The notes: generated by a model not told the origin, from the sequence alone. A stretch of 64,000 nucleotides of DNA from Chloroflexota bacterium (GCA_010092885.1 JAADYX010000381.1:6144-70143), one strand, 5' to 3'; counted from the first letter of the stretch, positions 1-10,695 are shown. A program made the numbers and translations.

Positions 1-1182
1 GCGGCCCAGGTCCGTGGTGATGTCGGTGTTAAGCGGCACGTCACGCAGCAGAACTTCGCTGCCCAGCACGTGGTAGCGCAAGATACGGGCGAGAACGTCT
101 TCATCAACGTTTGCCACGAGGTCAGCGGCGTCGGAGAAGCCCAGAGCAGTTGCCAGATCCTCAAAGGCCTGGTCGTCCGGAGCAAACACCGTATAGCTGC
201 CAGGGTCACCGAAGATCGGGGTCAGACCCGTCTCATTGAGAGCAGCCACAAGGTTGTCGAAGCCATTGGCAACGGCAATCTCAGCGATGGTCAGGGAGGT
301 GTCAGCGTTTACACCGAGGCCCAGGCCGTCGAACGCGAGGAGGCCGCCACCCAGGTTTTGCTGACCGATGCCGACCTCAACCTCGTCAAAGGCAGCTGTG
401 GCGGTCAGTGCACAGGTGTCCTGTGAGAAGTTGAATGTGCCACGTGTACCGAACTGGCACAGTTCCGTATCGACAGGTGAACCGGCATCGAACGTAGTGA
501 TCTGTGCGGCAATGACGCCACCAGAGGGGATGTTCTGACCAGCGATGTAGTAGTCAAAGGTCACCACATCACCGGAGACACCAGCGAGACCCGTCACGTT
601 CTGAATCGCACCGCGGGGGCCAGAGCCACCATTGATGAGCAGCACGTCGGTGCCTTCCTGAGCGACCCCAAGACCCGCATCGAAGACGCTGGCACCACCG
701 ATGAGGTTCCACTCACCGCTGATGGTGTCTTCAAAGCTGGCGTTCACAGCCAGGTTGTCGCGGATGTACACGTCAAGGCTGGCGGTCAGGCCATCGTAGT
801 TGCCATCACTGCTGGAAGCCGTGAGGTCAACCGGGTTTGCCTGCTGGCCTTCTACCAGGCCATCGTTCGGGGCGAACACCACAACTTCCTGGGGCTGATC
901 CCAGTCGCTCATGGTGAAGGTCAGCTGCGTCGGGCTAACACCCAGCTGGCCTGCGCTCAGTGTGAAGTCGATGGTCACGTCATCGCTGGGCATTTCATCC
1001 AGCACGACGCTGAACGTATCTGCGTTGCCAGCTTCGTAGATCAGAGTATTGGTATCGGTCTCTGTGATGGTGATGCCAGCAGCGTCGATGGTCTGCGCGA
1101 AGGCATATGGAGCAGCAGCCAGTGCAGCTGCAACAACCGCAACAGCGGTAAGAACAGTACGCAGATTAAACTTGAAGCTCAT
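1..1182 (-). CDS. Secreted multidomain protein with a fasciclin (FAS1) domain; 3' end runs off the window and it is absent from the ORF track
   Basis: Manual translation: ATG at 1182 with a GGGAGA RBS; signal peptide MSFKFNLRTVLTAVAVVAAALAAAPYAFA; Ig-like segment (FSVVLDEMPSDDVTI...LTFTMSDWDQPQEV); FAS1 motifs YTVFAPDDQAF and ILRYHV. Confidence 0.85.
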   Translation of the reverse strand, partial: MSFKFNLRTVLTAVAVVAAALAAAPYAFAQTIDAAGITITETDTNTLIYEAGNADTFSVVLDEMPSDDVTIDFTLSAGQLGVSPTQLTFTMSDWDQPQEVVVFAPNDGLVEGQQANPVDLTASSSDGNYDGLTASLDVYIRDNLAVNASFEDTISGEWNLIGGASVFDAGLGVAQEGTDVLLINGGSGPRGAIQNVTGLAGVSGDVVTFDYYIAGQNIPSGGVIAAQITTFDAGSPVDTELCQFGTRGTFNFSQDTCALTATAAFDEVEVGIGQQNLGGGLLAFDGLGLGVNADTSLTIAEIAVANGFDNLVAALNETGLTPIFGDPGSYTVFAPDDQAFEDLATALGFSDAADLVANVDEDVLARILRYHVLGSEVLLRDVPLNTDITTDLGR

Positions 1183-1384
1183 TGTAGGTTTGTCTCCCTT
1201 GGTTGTTGGTAGGAATCAGATGTGATCAAGTAGATGGACAAAGGACACGTGTCAATGGATACGATGCTCTCGACTGGAGCGTCTCCTTTCCGCATCAGCT
1301 CAAGGCTTTTGCGTTCGGGTAACTTACGTCCATGTGTAAGCGTAGCGAGTGCGGAGGGGAGATTTACATCAGAACAACCTAAGA

Positions 1385-1423
1385 AGAACATAAGAATGTG
1401 GGGAAGGCAGCTGCCTTCCCCAC
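1385..1423 (-). terminator. Intrinsic terminator after the yitJ-like gene
   Basis: Perfect palindrome GTGGGGAAGGCAGCTGCCTTCCCCAC (1398-1423) followed on the minus strand by U-rich ATTCTTATGTTCTT. Confidence 0.7.
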
Positions 1424-1454
1424 TGACCAATTTGTCAGTCTCACATATAGGTGT

Positions 1455-3323
1455 TTATTGCGCGGGTTGTTTGACAGCTTCGATCACATCGGCGGCCAGA
1501 TCAAAACGCCCAAACTGCGGTGAGAGATACAAACCGGCTGCTACCTCGGCGAACTGAACGGCCAGCTCCTGCGCAATCCGTACTCCTTCACGGCGAGGAT
1601 CGTCAGCGTGTTTCATACGGTCAAGTATCGATTCGGGGATAAGGATGCCGGGCACTTCATTATGCAGGAACAACGCATTGCGTAGGCTGTACAGTGGCAG
1701 GAGGCCGACCAACACAGGACGGTCCAACGGCCCGTGCTGCTCTGCGTAACGCTCCATGAAACGCTTGTATGCATTCACGTCATAGATGGGCTGTGTGAGG
1801 AAGTAGTCCGCGCCGTTGACTACCTTCTTGCGCAGAACTCTTACCTCACGATCCGGGTCAGGAGCATTGGGGCTTAGCGCGCCGCTTACAAGGAAATTCG
1901 TGGGCTGGCCGATGCTGTTGCCCGCCTGATCGATGCCAGCATTAAGATTCTCCTTCACCAGCTTGATCAAACCAGATGGCACGATGTCATAATTGTCGTG
2001 GGCGTCGGGATAGTCCCCGATGCGAGTTGGATCGCCCATCACAACAAACAGGTTGCGGACACCGAGCGCATGAGCAGCCAGCAGGTCGCCTTGAACACGC
2101 AGCAGATTGCGTCCGCGCGTGGGGAAATGCAGAACGGTCTCGATGCTTAATTGGTTCTGCAGCAGAGAGCATAGGGCCCAAGGGCTCATACGCATGCGGG
2201 CCATGGGGCTGTCCAGCACATCGATTACATCAGCGCCGACCTCGGCCAACATGGCGACGGCCTGCAGTTCCTTCTCGGTGGCCACCCCTTTTGGTGGGGA
2301 CATTTCAACAGCAACGACCAGCTCACCGGCGGCCAGTTTTCCAGCCAAACGACTGGGGGCAAACAACTCATCGCCTGAAGTCTCCTCGTCGTCGCTTTGG
2401 AGGGTGACAGAGACCGGCTCGCGGATCGGAGGGGCCGGTTCATTCAGTACAGAGCGCATGGCAGCGATATGTTCTGGCGTAGTGCCGCAGCAGCCGCCAA
2501 CAGCGGCCACACCGATCTCCCGCATGGATTGCGTAAACGAGGCGAAATAGCCGGGTGAGGCGATATACAGGGCTCGCCCACCAACGTTCTCTGGGAAGCC
2601 CGCGTTGGGAACAGCCGTCAGAGGGATACCCGGATTCACCTGGCGCATTCGGGCAATGATACGCCTGACCTGTGCCGGACCATTGGAACAATTTACACCA
2701 ATGGCATCGGCGCCATCCAAACGGTTTACGACCTGGCTGGGTGTCTCACCCATCAACGTGCGGTCATCACGTGTGAAGGTCATCTGTGCGACAACAAAGA
2801 GATCCGGGTTGACATCACGGGCGGCACGAATAGCCTCAGCCAGTTCGACTGTGTTGGAGAATGTCTCCAGAATGAGGAGATCCACTCCAGCCTCGTTCAA
2901 GGCGGCGATCTGCTCGTGGAATGCGTCGTAGGCACTTTCTGTCGTGACTCTGCCGATGGGAGCCAGCCTGACACCTAACGGGCCGACAGCACCCGCGATG
3001 TACACATCCCCTCGGCCAGCCTCCTCCACGGCACGGCGCGCAAGGTTTACACCTGTCCAGTTGATGCGCGCCACCGAATCGGCCAGGCCGTGTTCCTCCA
3101 ACTTGAACCGGTTGGCTCCAAACGTATTGGTTTCGATGACTTCAGCTCCCGCCTCCAGATAATCGCGGTGGATGGAGACCACCAGTTCAGGATCGCTGAT
3201 GTTGGTGGCATCAAGGCAGACATCCATTGGCACACCCTTCTGGTTGAGCAGTGTACCAAAAGCACCGTCAAACAGGACGGTGCCCGCTGCAAGCCGTTCG
3301 CGGAAAGACTGCTTTTCTATCAT
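1455..3323 (-). CDS. yitJ: Bifunctional homocysteine S-methyltransferase / 5,10-methylenetetrahydrofolate reductase (YitJ-like)
   Basis: FDGAFGT, ETNTFGAN, GVNC and GGCCGTTPEHI Zn motifs; C-terminal MTHFR domain (GDP, LTQPIYD); start at MIEKQ with a GGGGAG RBS. Confidence 0.9.
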   Translation of the reverse strand: MIEKQSFRERLAAGTVLFDGAFGTLLNQKGVPMDVCLDATNISDPELVVSIHRDYLEAGAEVIETNTFGANRFKLEEHGLADSVARINWTGVNLARRAVEEAGRGDVYIAGAVGPLGVRLAPIGRVTTESAYDAFHEQIAALNEAGVDLLILETFSNTVELAEAIRAARDVNPDLFVVAQMTFTRDDRTLMGETPSQVVNRLDGADAIGVNCSNGPAQVRRIIARMRQVNPGIPLTAVPNAGFPENVGGRALYIASPGYFASFTQSMREIGVAAVGGCCGTTPEHIAAMRSVLNEPAPPIREPVSVTLQSDDEETSGDELFAPSRLAGKLAAGELVVAVEMSPPKGVATEKELQAVAMLAEVGADVIDVLDSPMARMRMSPWALCSLLQNQLSIETVLHFPTRGRNLLRVQGDLLAAHALGVRNLFVVMGDPTRIGDYPDAHDNYDIVPSGLIKLVKENLNAGIDQAGNSIGQPTNFLVSGALSPNAPDPDREVRVLRKKVVNGADYFLTQPIYDVNAYKRFMERYAEQHGPLDRPVLVGLLPLYSLRNALFLHNEVPGILIPESILDRMKHADDPRREGVRIAQELAVQFAEVAAGLYLSPQFGRFDLAADVIEAVKQPAQ

Positions 3324-3409
3324 GGCTCTTTCTCCCCTACAATGATGTTGCAGAATGTACATGCTCGGTTGACAATAGGCAAGCATCCACCGACAATGAG
3401 GAACAGATC

Positions 3410-4336
3410 ATGCCTCGCAAAAAAACAACCCCACTGACTACGTTTGCCCTGATCGGTGCGGGGATCGTTGTGGGTTGGCTGGCTGTGCGTCAGGCACGCT
3501 TGGCCGCTGCTAAGGGTGAATTTGCAGGCAAGGTTGTACTGATTACTGGCGGTTCACGCGGGATCGGCCAGGCTCTGGCTGAAGCGTTCGCAGCACAGGG
3601 TGCCTCATTAGTGCTGGCTGCTCGCAGTGCAGAGCAGCTGGAACACGTGGCGGCCACCTGCCGGGTTTTGCATCCGCAGGTTGAAACGCTGTGTGTACCT
3701 ACCGATGTCGGCGACCCGACGCAGCTTGAAAACCTGATTGACCAAACCATCGCACGCTTTGGGCGCATTGACATTCTGGTGAACAATGCGGGGATCTCAC
3801 AGGGTGGACGCTTTGAGGAGGATGAAGAGCTTGGTAGGTTCCAGCGCCAAATGGAGATCAATTTGATGGCTGCTGTCCGGCTGACCCAACTCGCACTGCC
3901 CCATATGCTCGCACGCAATACCGGTTGGATCGTGAACATCTCATCTATTATGGGGCGCTTCGGGTTTCCGTTTGTGCTTGGCTATGTGACAAGCAAGCAC
4001 GCCTTGAACGGTTTCAGTGAGGGCTTGCGCCGGGAGCTGTATCATACGGATGTCCGCGTATTGTCTGTGATTGCGGGTTTTGTGGAGACTGACATGATTG
4101 CCGGAGATACGTCTCGCCTCGTACGCAGTTCGCCCTTGAGCCTCGTGACGCCCGAGCAGGTTGCACGGCAGACTCTCAACGCTGTTGCATTAGGACAGGC
4201 TCAGATATTCACCGGATGGTTCGAATCACTCATGAGCGGTCTGAATGTGTGGGTTCCCCGGTTGATGGACCATGTTTTCTTTAAGCTTGCTCCACCAGAG
4301 ATGGTTGGTACAGCTTCTTCGCACTACACAGAATGA
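3410..4336 (+). CDS. Short-chain dehydrogenase/reductase with N-terminal membrane anchor
   Basis: TGGSRGIG, NNAG and YVTSK (YxxxK) motifs; start at MPRKK with a GAGG RBS. Confidence 0.9.
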   Translation: MPRKKTTPLTTFALIGAGIVVGWLAVRQARLAAAKGEFAGKVVLITGGSRGIGQALAEAFAAQGASLVLAARSAEQLEHVAATCRVLHPQVETLCVPTDVGDPTQLENLIDQTIARFGRIDILVNNAGISQGGRFEEDEELGRFQRQMEINLMAAVRLTQLALPHMLARNTGWIVNISSIMGRFGFPFVLGYVTSKHALNGFSEGLRRELYHTDVRVLSVIAGFVETDMIAGDTSRLVRSSPLSLVTPEQVARQTLNAVALGQAQIFTGWFESLMSGLNVWVPRLMDHVFFKLAPPEMVGTASSHYTE

Positions 4337-4351
4337 CCAGAGGAGAGCTTT

Positions 4352-5884
4352 ATGAGCTGCACAGCCCGAATCAAAGGCATTCCCCAGATGCCGACAGTCA
4401 ATGCCCGAGGTGGACCGGCTCTGTCCTACCCGATTGTGTATCAGGCGACGGTCGGGACAGCCAACCTACCTGTACTCGATGTGCAGGTTGATGAACAGGG
4501 GCTTGCGTTGGATGGCAAGGTCTACCGGTGGCTTAAGGTTGTGTTCCCCAACAATACGGAAGGCTGGGTGCGTGACGACCTGATCGAGATAGCCGGAGAC
4601 TGCTCCGCGTTGGGTTACAAGAACACATCCGATGCACTTGTGCTGGCATTCAGTCTCTCGCATGAAGCCCCCTCTGTAACGCTGGGCAGGCAGGGGCCTG
4701 ATCAGGGAGCCGATGAGCAGGAAGTACGCGGCATCGGTGGCGATGTCTGCCTCGTCACCCTGACGGGGGATCCGAACCTCCCGCTGGTCAACGCGCGCAG
4801 CGGGCCTGGCCCGAACCACGGCGTGATCTTCCAGATGGAGCGCGGCACGAGTCGGATCTATGTGATCGATGTGGCCGATGACGAAAGCGGCGCAGATCAC
4901 CGGTGGTTCAATCTGGCGTTTCCAAACGGTCAGACCGGGTGGATGCGCGATGATGTGATTGCCATCCAAGGGGACTGCACACCCGTGGGCTACGAGCATC
5001 TGGATGAACCCGTGTTGGCCAGCCGCGCGCCCCGGCTTTCATCCGAACCGGTGGCGGTTGAACCAGTTGCCGGAACAGCACCTGACTCGGGATGCGAAGG
5101 CACGGTGATATCGACGATCCCAGCGAAGGTCCGCAGTGGGCCAAATGTGACCTATAATATTGTGACGACCGTTGAACCCAATACCGTCCTTCCCATAGAT
5201 GACTCACGCGCACAGGATGACGGCGGGGACTTCATCTGGCTGCTGGTCACCACGCAGGAAGGTCAGACAGGTTGGATCCGCAGCGACCTGATGCGATATC
5301 AGGGGGACTGTGCTGATTTCGGCGTGGTGGCAGCTTCCGACGATCTCTATCCTTCGCCGATGCGACGTTACTTCTTCACACAAGGGTACGGCGGGATCAA
5401 CGGTCACCGTGGTTGGGATCTGGCGTTAGAGGATGAAGCCATCCTCTCCGGGCCGATGGGCGGGCGTGTGGTCCGTGCTCACCCGTGTTCACGGTGTACA
5501 CCGGATAAACCCGCCTGGCGGCATCATGGCATCCCCTATGGGGACCAAAACGCTCTGCGTGATCCCGGTTGGGGATGGGGCTATGGCAACCATGTGATCG
5601 TCCGGTACCTGCATGACCGGCTGCCACCGAGCACACGGCAGAAGCTCGCTGAGCTAGGTTTGGCAGGCCATCATCTGTACGTGGTGTATGCCCACCTGAA
5701 GGAGATGTATCCATCCGTTGGCGATGAACTGACCGCCGAGACAGAGCTTGGTACATGTGGTGATACGGGTTGGTCTTCCGGTCCGCATCTGCATCTCGAA
5801 GTTCGGGCGGGCCCCAATCCGGACAGCATGGGCTCCTGGCTGAGTTTGGCCCTGCTCGACCCGGCTGTCCTGTTTAACCGCTAG
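4352..5884 (+). CDS. Three SH3b-like repeats plus an M23 metallopeptidase domain
   Basis: Repeats NARxGP...W...GWxRxDL; M23 motifs HRGWD, YAHL and GPHLHLEVR. Confidence 0.85.
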   Translation: MSCTARIKGIPQMPTVNARGGPALSYPIVYQATVGTANLPVLDVQVDEQGLALDGKVYRWLKVVFPNNTEGWVRDDLIEIAGDCSALGYKNTSDALVLAFSLSHEAPSVTLGRQGPDQGADEQEVRGIGGDVCLVTLTGDPNLPLVNARSGPGPNHGVIFQMERGTSRIYVIDVADDESGADHRWFNLAFPNGQTGWMRDDVIAIQGDCTPVGYEHLDEPVLASRAPRLSSEPVAVEPVAGTAPDSGCEGTVISTIPAKVRSGPNVTYNIVTTVEPNTVLPIDDSRAQDDGGDFIWLLVTTQEGQTGWIRSDLMRYQGDCADFGVVAASDDLYPSPMRRYFFTQGYGGINGHRGWDLALEDEAILSGPMGGRVVRAHPCSRCTPDKPAWRHHGIPYGDQNALRDPGWGWGYGNHVIVRYLHDRLPPSTRQKLAELGLAGHHLYVVYAHLKEMYPSVGDELTAETELGTCGDTGWSSGPHLHLEVRAGPNPDSMGSWLSLALLDPAVLFNR

Positions 5885-5955
5885 GTTGTCTGATGGCTAC
5901 CAAGCATGCTATAGTGCGGACGAATATTCTGCCTTCACCCCGGAGGTTTGGCGTA

Positions 5956-6795
5956 ATGAAGAGACTTATCCATCTGCTGCTGGTCATGATTACAGCGGTG
6001 CTTGTAGTAACGGGCTGCCAGGTATCTGGGTCAGCCCCTGCCCCGGAATCCACATTCCCACCAGTTGATGTAACAGACGGCGGCGAGGCTGCGGAAGTCC
6101 CGCCGGAACCAGACGAAACCGAAGAAGACATCCCGGTGCCAACCGAAGCTGACACACCTGATGTCTTTGGCACCCAAACTGCTGAGGCTCCCGTAGAGGA
6201 AGACGGTGGAGTCGAAGAGGGTGCGACCGACGAGGGTGATACGATCCTGCCCGGGGATGATGAAGGCACCGCAGACACCGGTGAGGGCGAAGGTCAGGAT
6301 GATGGGCTGCTGCCTACCCCAACAACGGAAGAAGGTGGACTTCCGGGCGAAGGTGAAGAAGACCAAACTGCTGAACCCACGCCCACGACGGAGATCCCCA
6401 CACCACTCCCGGCTGACGCTACCGAACCACCGGCCTCATCGCCCGATGAGTGCACGTATGTGGTACAGGCTGGTGACAATCTCTTCCGGATTGCGCAGCG
6501 GTTCGGCCTGACGACTGAGCAGTTGGCCGCCGCTAATGGCATCACCAACCCAGAGCTGATCGAAGTCGGGCAGGTGCTCAATCTGCCAATCGCGGGCTGC
6601 CCTGGCGGTGGCGATGGGGCACCGACACCCCCTGGCGGTGATGTGGCCGAGGTCTATATCGTGCAGCCCGGCGACAATCTTTTCCGAATCGCTTTGAGCT
6701 TTGGTTTGACGGTTGAAGAGCTGGCCGCCTTTAACAATATCACAGACCCGTCGCAGATCTTCGTGGGCCAGGAGATTCTGATTCCGGCGCAATAG
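5956..6795 (+). CDS. Lipoprotein with an acidic linker and two LysM domains
   Basis: Lipobox VTGC; two YxVQxGDNLFRIA...GLT repeats. Confidence 0.9.
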   Translation: MKRLIHLLLVMITAVLVVTGCQVSGSAPAPESTFPPVDVTDGGEAAEVPPEPDETEEDIPVPTEADTPDVFGTQTAEAPVEEDGGVEEGATDEGDTILPGDDEGTADTGEGEGQDDGLLPTPTTEEGGLPGEGEEDQTAEPTPTTEIPTPLPADATEPPASSPDECTYVVQAGDNLFRIAQRFGLTTEQLAAANGITNPELIEVGQVLNLPIAGCPGGGDGAPTPPGGDVAEVYIVQPGDNLFRIALSFGLTVEELAAFNNITDPSQIFVGQEILIPAQ

Positions 6796-6825
6796 GATCG
6801 CGTTGTTTGAGCAGCGGAACAAACA

Positions 6826-6851
6826 AGGGGCGCATTGCGCCCCTGTTGTTT
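6826..6851 (+). terminator. Probable terminator hairpin
   Basis: AGGGGCGC-ATT-GCGCCCCT followed by GTTGTTT. Confidence 0.55.
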
Positions 6852-6868
6852 AGGCCGGAGGCACACCG

Positions 6869-7414
6869 ATGAATAATGACAGCCTGCGTGAACAGATTCT
6901 CAGCAGTGAGCAGATCTTCAAAGGGCGCATAGTCGACCTGCGCATCCTGGATATTAAACTGGCGGATGGCACTGTTACCCGGCGTGAGATGGTTTATCAT
7001 CCCGGAGCCGTTGCCGTCGTTCCAATTGATCAAGATGGTAGGGTGGTGCTTGTTCACCAATATCGTCATGGGGCAAGTGGTGTTCTGCTGGAGCTGCCAG
7101 CAGGAGGCCTCTACCCGGGTGAGGATCCGATTGAGGCAGCCAAGCGTGAGCTGCAAGAAGAGATCGGGTATGTGCCACGCCAACTGACCCACCTGGGCAG
7201 CTACCATGTAGCGGCAGCCTATACGACCGAGGCAATCACAATCTACCTTGGGCGGGATCTTATCCCGTCACGTCTCAAGGCAGACTACGACGAGCGTCTC
7301 ATCGTGGAGCGGATCGCATTTAACGAGGCCTTGCGTATGGCTGAGACCAATGAGATCAGGGATGCCAAGACCATTATTGGTCTGATGTGGGCCGTACGTT
7401 ATCTTGAGAGTTGA
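6869..7414 (+). CDS. NUDIX hydrolase (ADP-ribose pyrophosphatase-like)
   Basis: Nudix box LELPAGGLYPGEDPIEAAKRELQEEIG; HPGAVAVV; DAKT. Confidence 0.9.
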   Translation: MNNDSLREQILSSEQIFKGRIVDLRILDIKLADGTVTRREMVYHPGAVAVVPIDQDGRVVLVHQYRHGASGVLLELPAGGLYPGEDPIEAAKRELQEEIGYVPRQLTHLGSYHVAAAYTTEAITIYLGRDLIPSRLKADYDERLIVERIAFNEALRMAETNEIRDAKTIIGLMWAVRYLES

Positions 7415-7417
7415 GCG

Positions 7418-7756
7418 GTGGACGAGCAGCGTATTGCCCTGGAAAACGCATTTATCCTTGAAAATCGGCTGAACATTGCACGTTTCGGCCCGGAACAGTT
7501 TGCGCAGCAGGGTGAAAAGGGTGTGGTGCTTGTTCAACCGGTGCAAGGCGAAACAGCGGAAGTGCGGTACCTTACGATCAGTGCCTTGCAAAATGCCGGT
7601 CTGGTGGGGAAGGATGGTCCGCCCATTCAGCAGTCGGTGACGCAAGCGTTAGAGCAGTACGATCCCTACCAGCAGATCGTGCTGGTGTTCTTGTATGCTG
7701 GTGATGGAACGGTATATTTGCTGGATATCGAAGAGCTGGAGCAGGAAGACTCTTAA
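7418..7756 (+). CDS. Hypothetical protein
   Basis: 112-aa ORF tightly packed between its neighbours. Confidence 0.65.
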   Translation: MDEQRIALENAFILENRLNIARFGPEQFAQQGEKGVVLVQPVQGETAEVRYLTISALQNAGLVGKDGPPIQQSVTQALEQYDPYQQIVLVFLYAGDGTVYLLDIEELEQEDS

Positions 7757-8829
7757 TGAAGAAGTGGCAGCAGTGGTTGTTATTTGCTGTGGGTATCGCG
7801 GTCAGTGCGATCTTTTTAGCCCTGGCCTTACGCGGCCTCAACCTGCGCGAAGTATGGATCGACATGAGGCAGGCACGTTACGGTTGGCTGATCCCTGGTG
7901 TGGCCGTGTACTTCATTGCGGTCTGGGGAAGAACGTGGCGATGGCACTATCTGCTGCGACCGGTGAAGCGCATCAGCCTTAAGGCGATGTTCCCGGTAGT
8001 GGTAATCGGCTATATGGGCAACAATGTCTACCCTCTACGCGCGGGTGAAGTGATCCGGGCCTACGTGCTCAAGCGCAATGAGGATGTCAGCATCAGTGCT
8101 TCGTTGGCTACGATCATTGTGGAGCGCATCTTTGACGGGCTGGTCATGTTGATCTTCGTGTTTGCAGCCCTGCCCTTTGCCCCCATTCCGGCGCCATTTG
8201 ACCAGATCGTGCTCTATATGACGGGGCTTTTCTTTGGCGCGCTGCTGGTCTTCTTCTTATTGGCTCTCAGGCCAGCGTTTACCCGCAAATTGTATACAGG
8301 CATCTTCAACCGGCTCATCCCCGTTGAGGCCCTGCGCGATAAGACAATTGACCTGGCTGATCGCTTTATGGACGGCCTGGCCTCGCTGCGCAGTCCGGGA
8401 GATATGCTGATGATCCTCGTGACGTCAGTATTTATCTGGCTGACGGAGACAGGCAAATATTGGTTCGTAATGCATGCCTTTGATTTCCAGGTGAGCTTTT
8501 TCGTCCTGATGTTGATGACGGCTGTTGTCAATCTCGCGACTACACTGCCGAGCTCCCCTGGTTATGTGGGCACATTCCATGAGCCAGGCATCGAGATATT
8601 GAAGGTCTTTGGGGTGCCTGCCAACACCGCAGCAGCCTATACCGTGGTACTGCACGCGGCGCTGTGGCTGCCGATCACCTTGCTGGGCGGCTTCTACATG
8701 ATCAGGCAGGGGGTACGCTGGCGGGATTTTGCCGAGGCATCACGCAGTGTTGAACAGCTAAATGAGGCGGACCACGATAGTCAGGTACCGCAGTCCGCCC
8801 CGGCGGGTTCGTCTATGGGGACGCGATGA
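7756..8829 (+). CDS. Lysylphosphatidylglycerol synthase TM / flippase-like membrane protein (UPF0104)
   Basis: NNVYPLRAGEVIR, ERIFDG and PSSPGYVG motifs; multiple TM helices. Confidence 0.85.
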   Translation: MKKWQQWLLFAVGIAVSAIFLALALRGLNLREVWIDMRQARYGWLIPGVAVYFIAVWGRTWRWHYLLRPVKRISLKAMFPVVVIGYMGNNVYPLRAGEVIRAYVLKRNEDVSISASLATIIVERIFDGLVMLIFVFAALPFAPIPAPFDQIVLYMTGLFFGALLVFFLLALRPAFTRKLYTGIFNRLIPVEALRDKTIDLADRFMDGLASLRSPGDMLMILVTSVFIWLTETGKYWFVMHAFDFQVSFFVLMLMTAVVNLATTLPSSPGYVGTFHEPGIEILKVFGVPANTAAAYTVVLHAALWLPITLLGGFYMIRQGVRWRDFAEASRSVEQLNEADHDSQVPQSAPAGSSMGTR

Positions 8830-9505
8830 CCAATGAGCCCACCGTGTCGTCGAGCACGCGCAGGTTGGGGGTAAAGCTTTCCGGTGGTTGCCCCTCTGTC
8901 TGAGTACCCGATTCAGGATGCGAGACCGGGAATATGCCCAGTATGTACGAGGTTCCATCCGTGGTCAGACCCTGAAAGACGTATACCAGCCCCATATCGG
9001 CCAACGGTCCATCATCAATTTGTGTGACATAGCGAATGCCTTCCCCTACCGGGAAGGTAATTTGCTGCTGTTGGGCAGCAAAAGTACTTGTGCCACCCGG
9101 ATCAGGAATGGACAGTGATGCGGCGTCGGCTGAACCATCCAGCACGGCCCGCAGCGGAGCAAAAACGCCCGGTGATATCGCTTCAAAGTCGGCCACTGGA
9201 TAGATGGTCAGCCGTGGGATACCAATCGGGTACCCATTGAATTCGAACTCCAATGTTGACGGCAGAGTCTCCGTCGCCGGAAGGGGCCTGTAGTCTACTG
9301 ACCGGACAAATCCCGGTTCAACGTAGAAACGCACATCCTCAAACGCCGTGTTAGGCGCTGGCGCTGGCTGCTCTTCGACTGTCTCCGGCTGCTGTTCAAC
9401 GATTTCCGCTGTTGGGCGCAAAGGGCTGAAGTTCACTTCTGGGGTGGGGTCAGTGCCGCAGGCGGCCAACCACACAACGATAACTGCTGCTACCCACTGC
9501 CGCAT
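8813..9505 (-). CDS. Hypothetical lipoprotein
   Basis: Lipobox LAAC; GGAGAGG RBS. Confidence 0.75.
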   Translation of the reverse strand: MRQWVAAVIVVWLAACGTDPTPEVNFSPLRPTAEIVEQQPETVEEQPAPAPNTAFEDVRFYVEPGFVRSVDYRPLPATETLPSTLEFEFNGYPIGIPRLTIYPVADFEAISPGVFAPLRAVLDGSADAASLSIPDPGGTSTFAAQQQQITFPVGEGIRYVTQIDDGPLADMGLVYVFQGLTTDGTSYILGIFPVSHPESGTQTEGQPPESFTPNLRVLDDTVGSLVIASP

Positions 9506-9513
9506 GGCCTCTC

Positions 9514-10695
9514 CTAACTGATAACATCCAGTTCTTTACCGACCTTTTCAAACGCGGCCAATCCAACCTCCAAATCAGAAGGTGAGTGAGCGGCTGTGTT
9601 CATCACACGGATGCGTGCCTTGCCACGCGGCACCGTAGGATAGGCGATGGCCATGGCAAAGACACCTTCCTCAAACAAGCGTTTGCTGAAAGTTTGTGCG
9701 AGCTCTGCTTCGCCGAGCATGACAGGCACAATGGGTGTGACTGTGTGACCTGTATCAAAACCGAGTTTGTTCATCTCGGTTTTGAACCACTCAGCATTGG
9801 ACCACAGGCGGTCGACCTGTTCAGTGCTTTCTTCGAGCAGATCGATGGCAGCGATACAGGCCGCAACGTCAGGTATTGTCATGGCGGAGGAAAACAGGAA
9901 TGGGCGGGCGCGCTGCTTCATCCAATCGATGATCTCTTGGCGGCCAGCGATAACGCCGCCAACAACGCCAAATGCCTTGGACATGGTGCCGATCTCGACA
10001 TCAACTTTGCCGTGCAGCCCAAAATGGTCCACAATGCCACGTCCACCTGTGCCGAGTACACCTTCGCCGTGTGCATCGTCAACCATCAGGATACAACCAT
10101 GTTCATGGGCGATTTCATACAAGTCAGGCAGAGGTGCGATATCGCCATCCATGCTGAACACGCCGTCGGTAACGATTAAGCATCGGCCTGTGATCTCGGT
10201 CTCAGCTAATTTGGCGCGCAGGTCGTCGGGATCCGCATGATTGAAGCGAACCACTTGAGCACGGGAGAGACGGCATCCATCAATGATGCTGGCATGGTTC
10301 AACTCATCAGAGAAGATGACATCTTGCTTGCCGACAAGCGCCGGAATAGCAGCCAGATTGGCGGTGAACCCGCTCTGAGTTGTCACAGCGGCTTCCACCC
10401 CTTTGAACCGCGCCAGGCGGTCTTCCAGCGTGTTGTGGAGGCTCATAGTACCGGCAATGGTTCGTACTGCACCTGGCCCAATACCGTATTCATCTATCGC
10501 CTGTTTGGCAGCTTCCTTGAGCCGAGGGTGGTTGGCCAGGCCAAGGTAGTTGTTCGCGCAGAAATTGAGCACCCTGCGGCCATCGATTTCAACCCAGCCT
10601 TCCATCGGGCTCTCAATGGTGCGGATTGTGTTGAATAGACCTTGCTCTTTCAGTGAGGTGATCTCTTCGTTCAGGTAGGCGGTTGGGGTCGCCAT
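9514..10695 (-). CDS. kbl: Glycine C-acetyltransferase / BioF-family PLP enzyme
   Basis: [42 protein letters not shown]; start at MATPT. Confidence 0.85.
   Translation of the reverse strand: MATPTAYLNEEITSLKEQGLFNTIRTIESPMEGWVEIDGRRVLNFCANNYLGLANHPRLKEAAKQAIDEYGIGPGAVRTIAGTMSLHNTLEDRLARFKGVEAAVTTQSGFTANLAAIPALVGKQDVIFSDELNHASIIDGCRLSRAQVVRFNHADPDDLRAKLAETEITGRCLIVTDGVFSMDGDIAPLPDLYEIAHEHGCILMVDDAHGEGVLGTGGRGIVDHFGLHGKVDVEIGTMSKAFGVVGGVIAGRQEIIDWMKQRARPFLFSSAMTIPDVAACIAAIDLLEESTEQVDRLWSNAEWFKTEMNKLGFDTGHTVTPIVPVMLGEAELAQTFSKRLFEEGVFAMAIAYPTVPRGKARIRVMNTAAHSPSDLEVGLAAFEKVGKELDVIS

Noticed and set aside
3324-3409. SAM riboswitch upstream of the yitJ-like gene
   Set aside because: Only 86 nt of divergent intergenic space, with no S-box consensus
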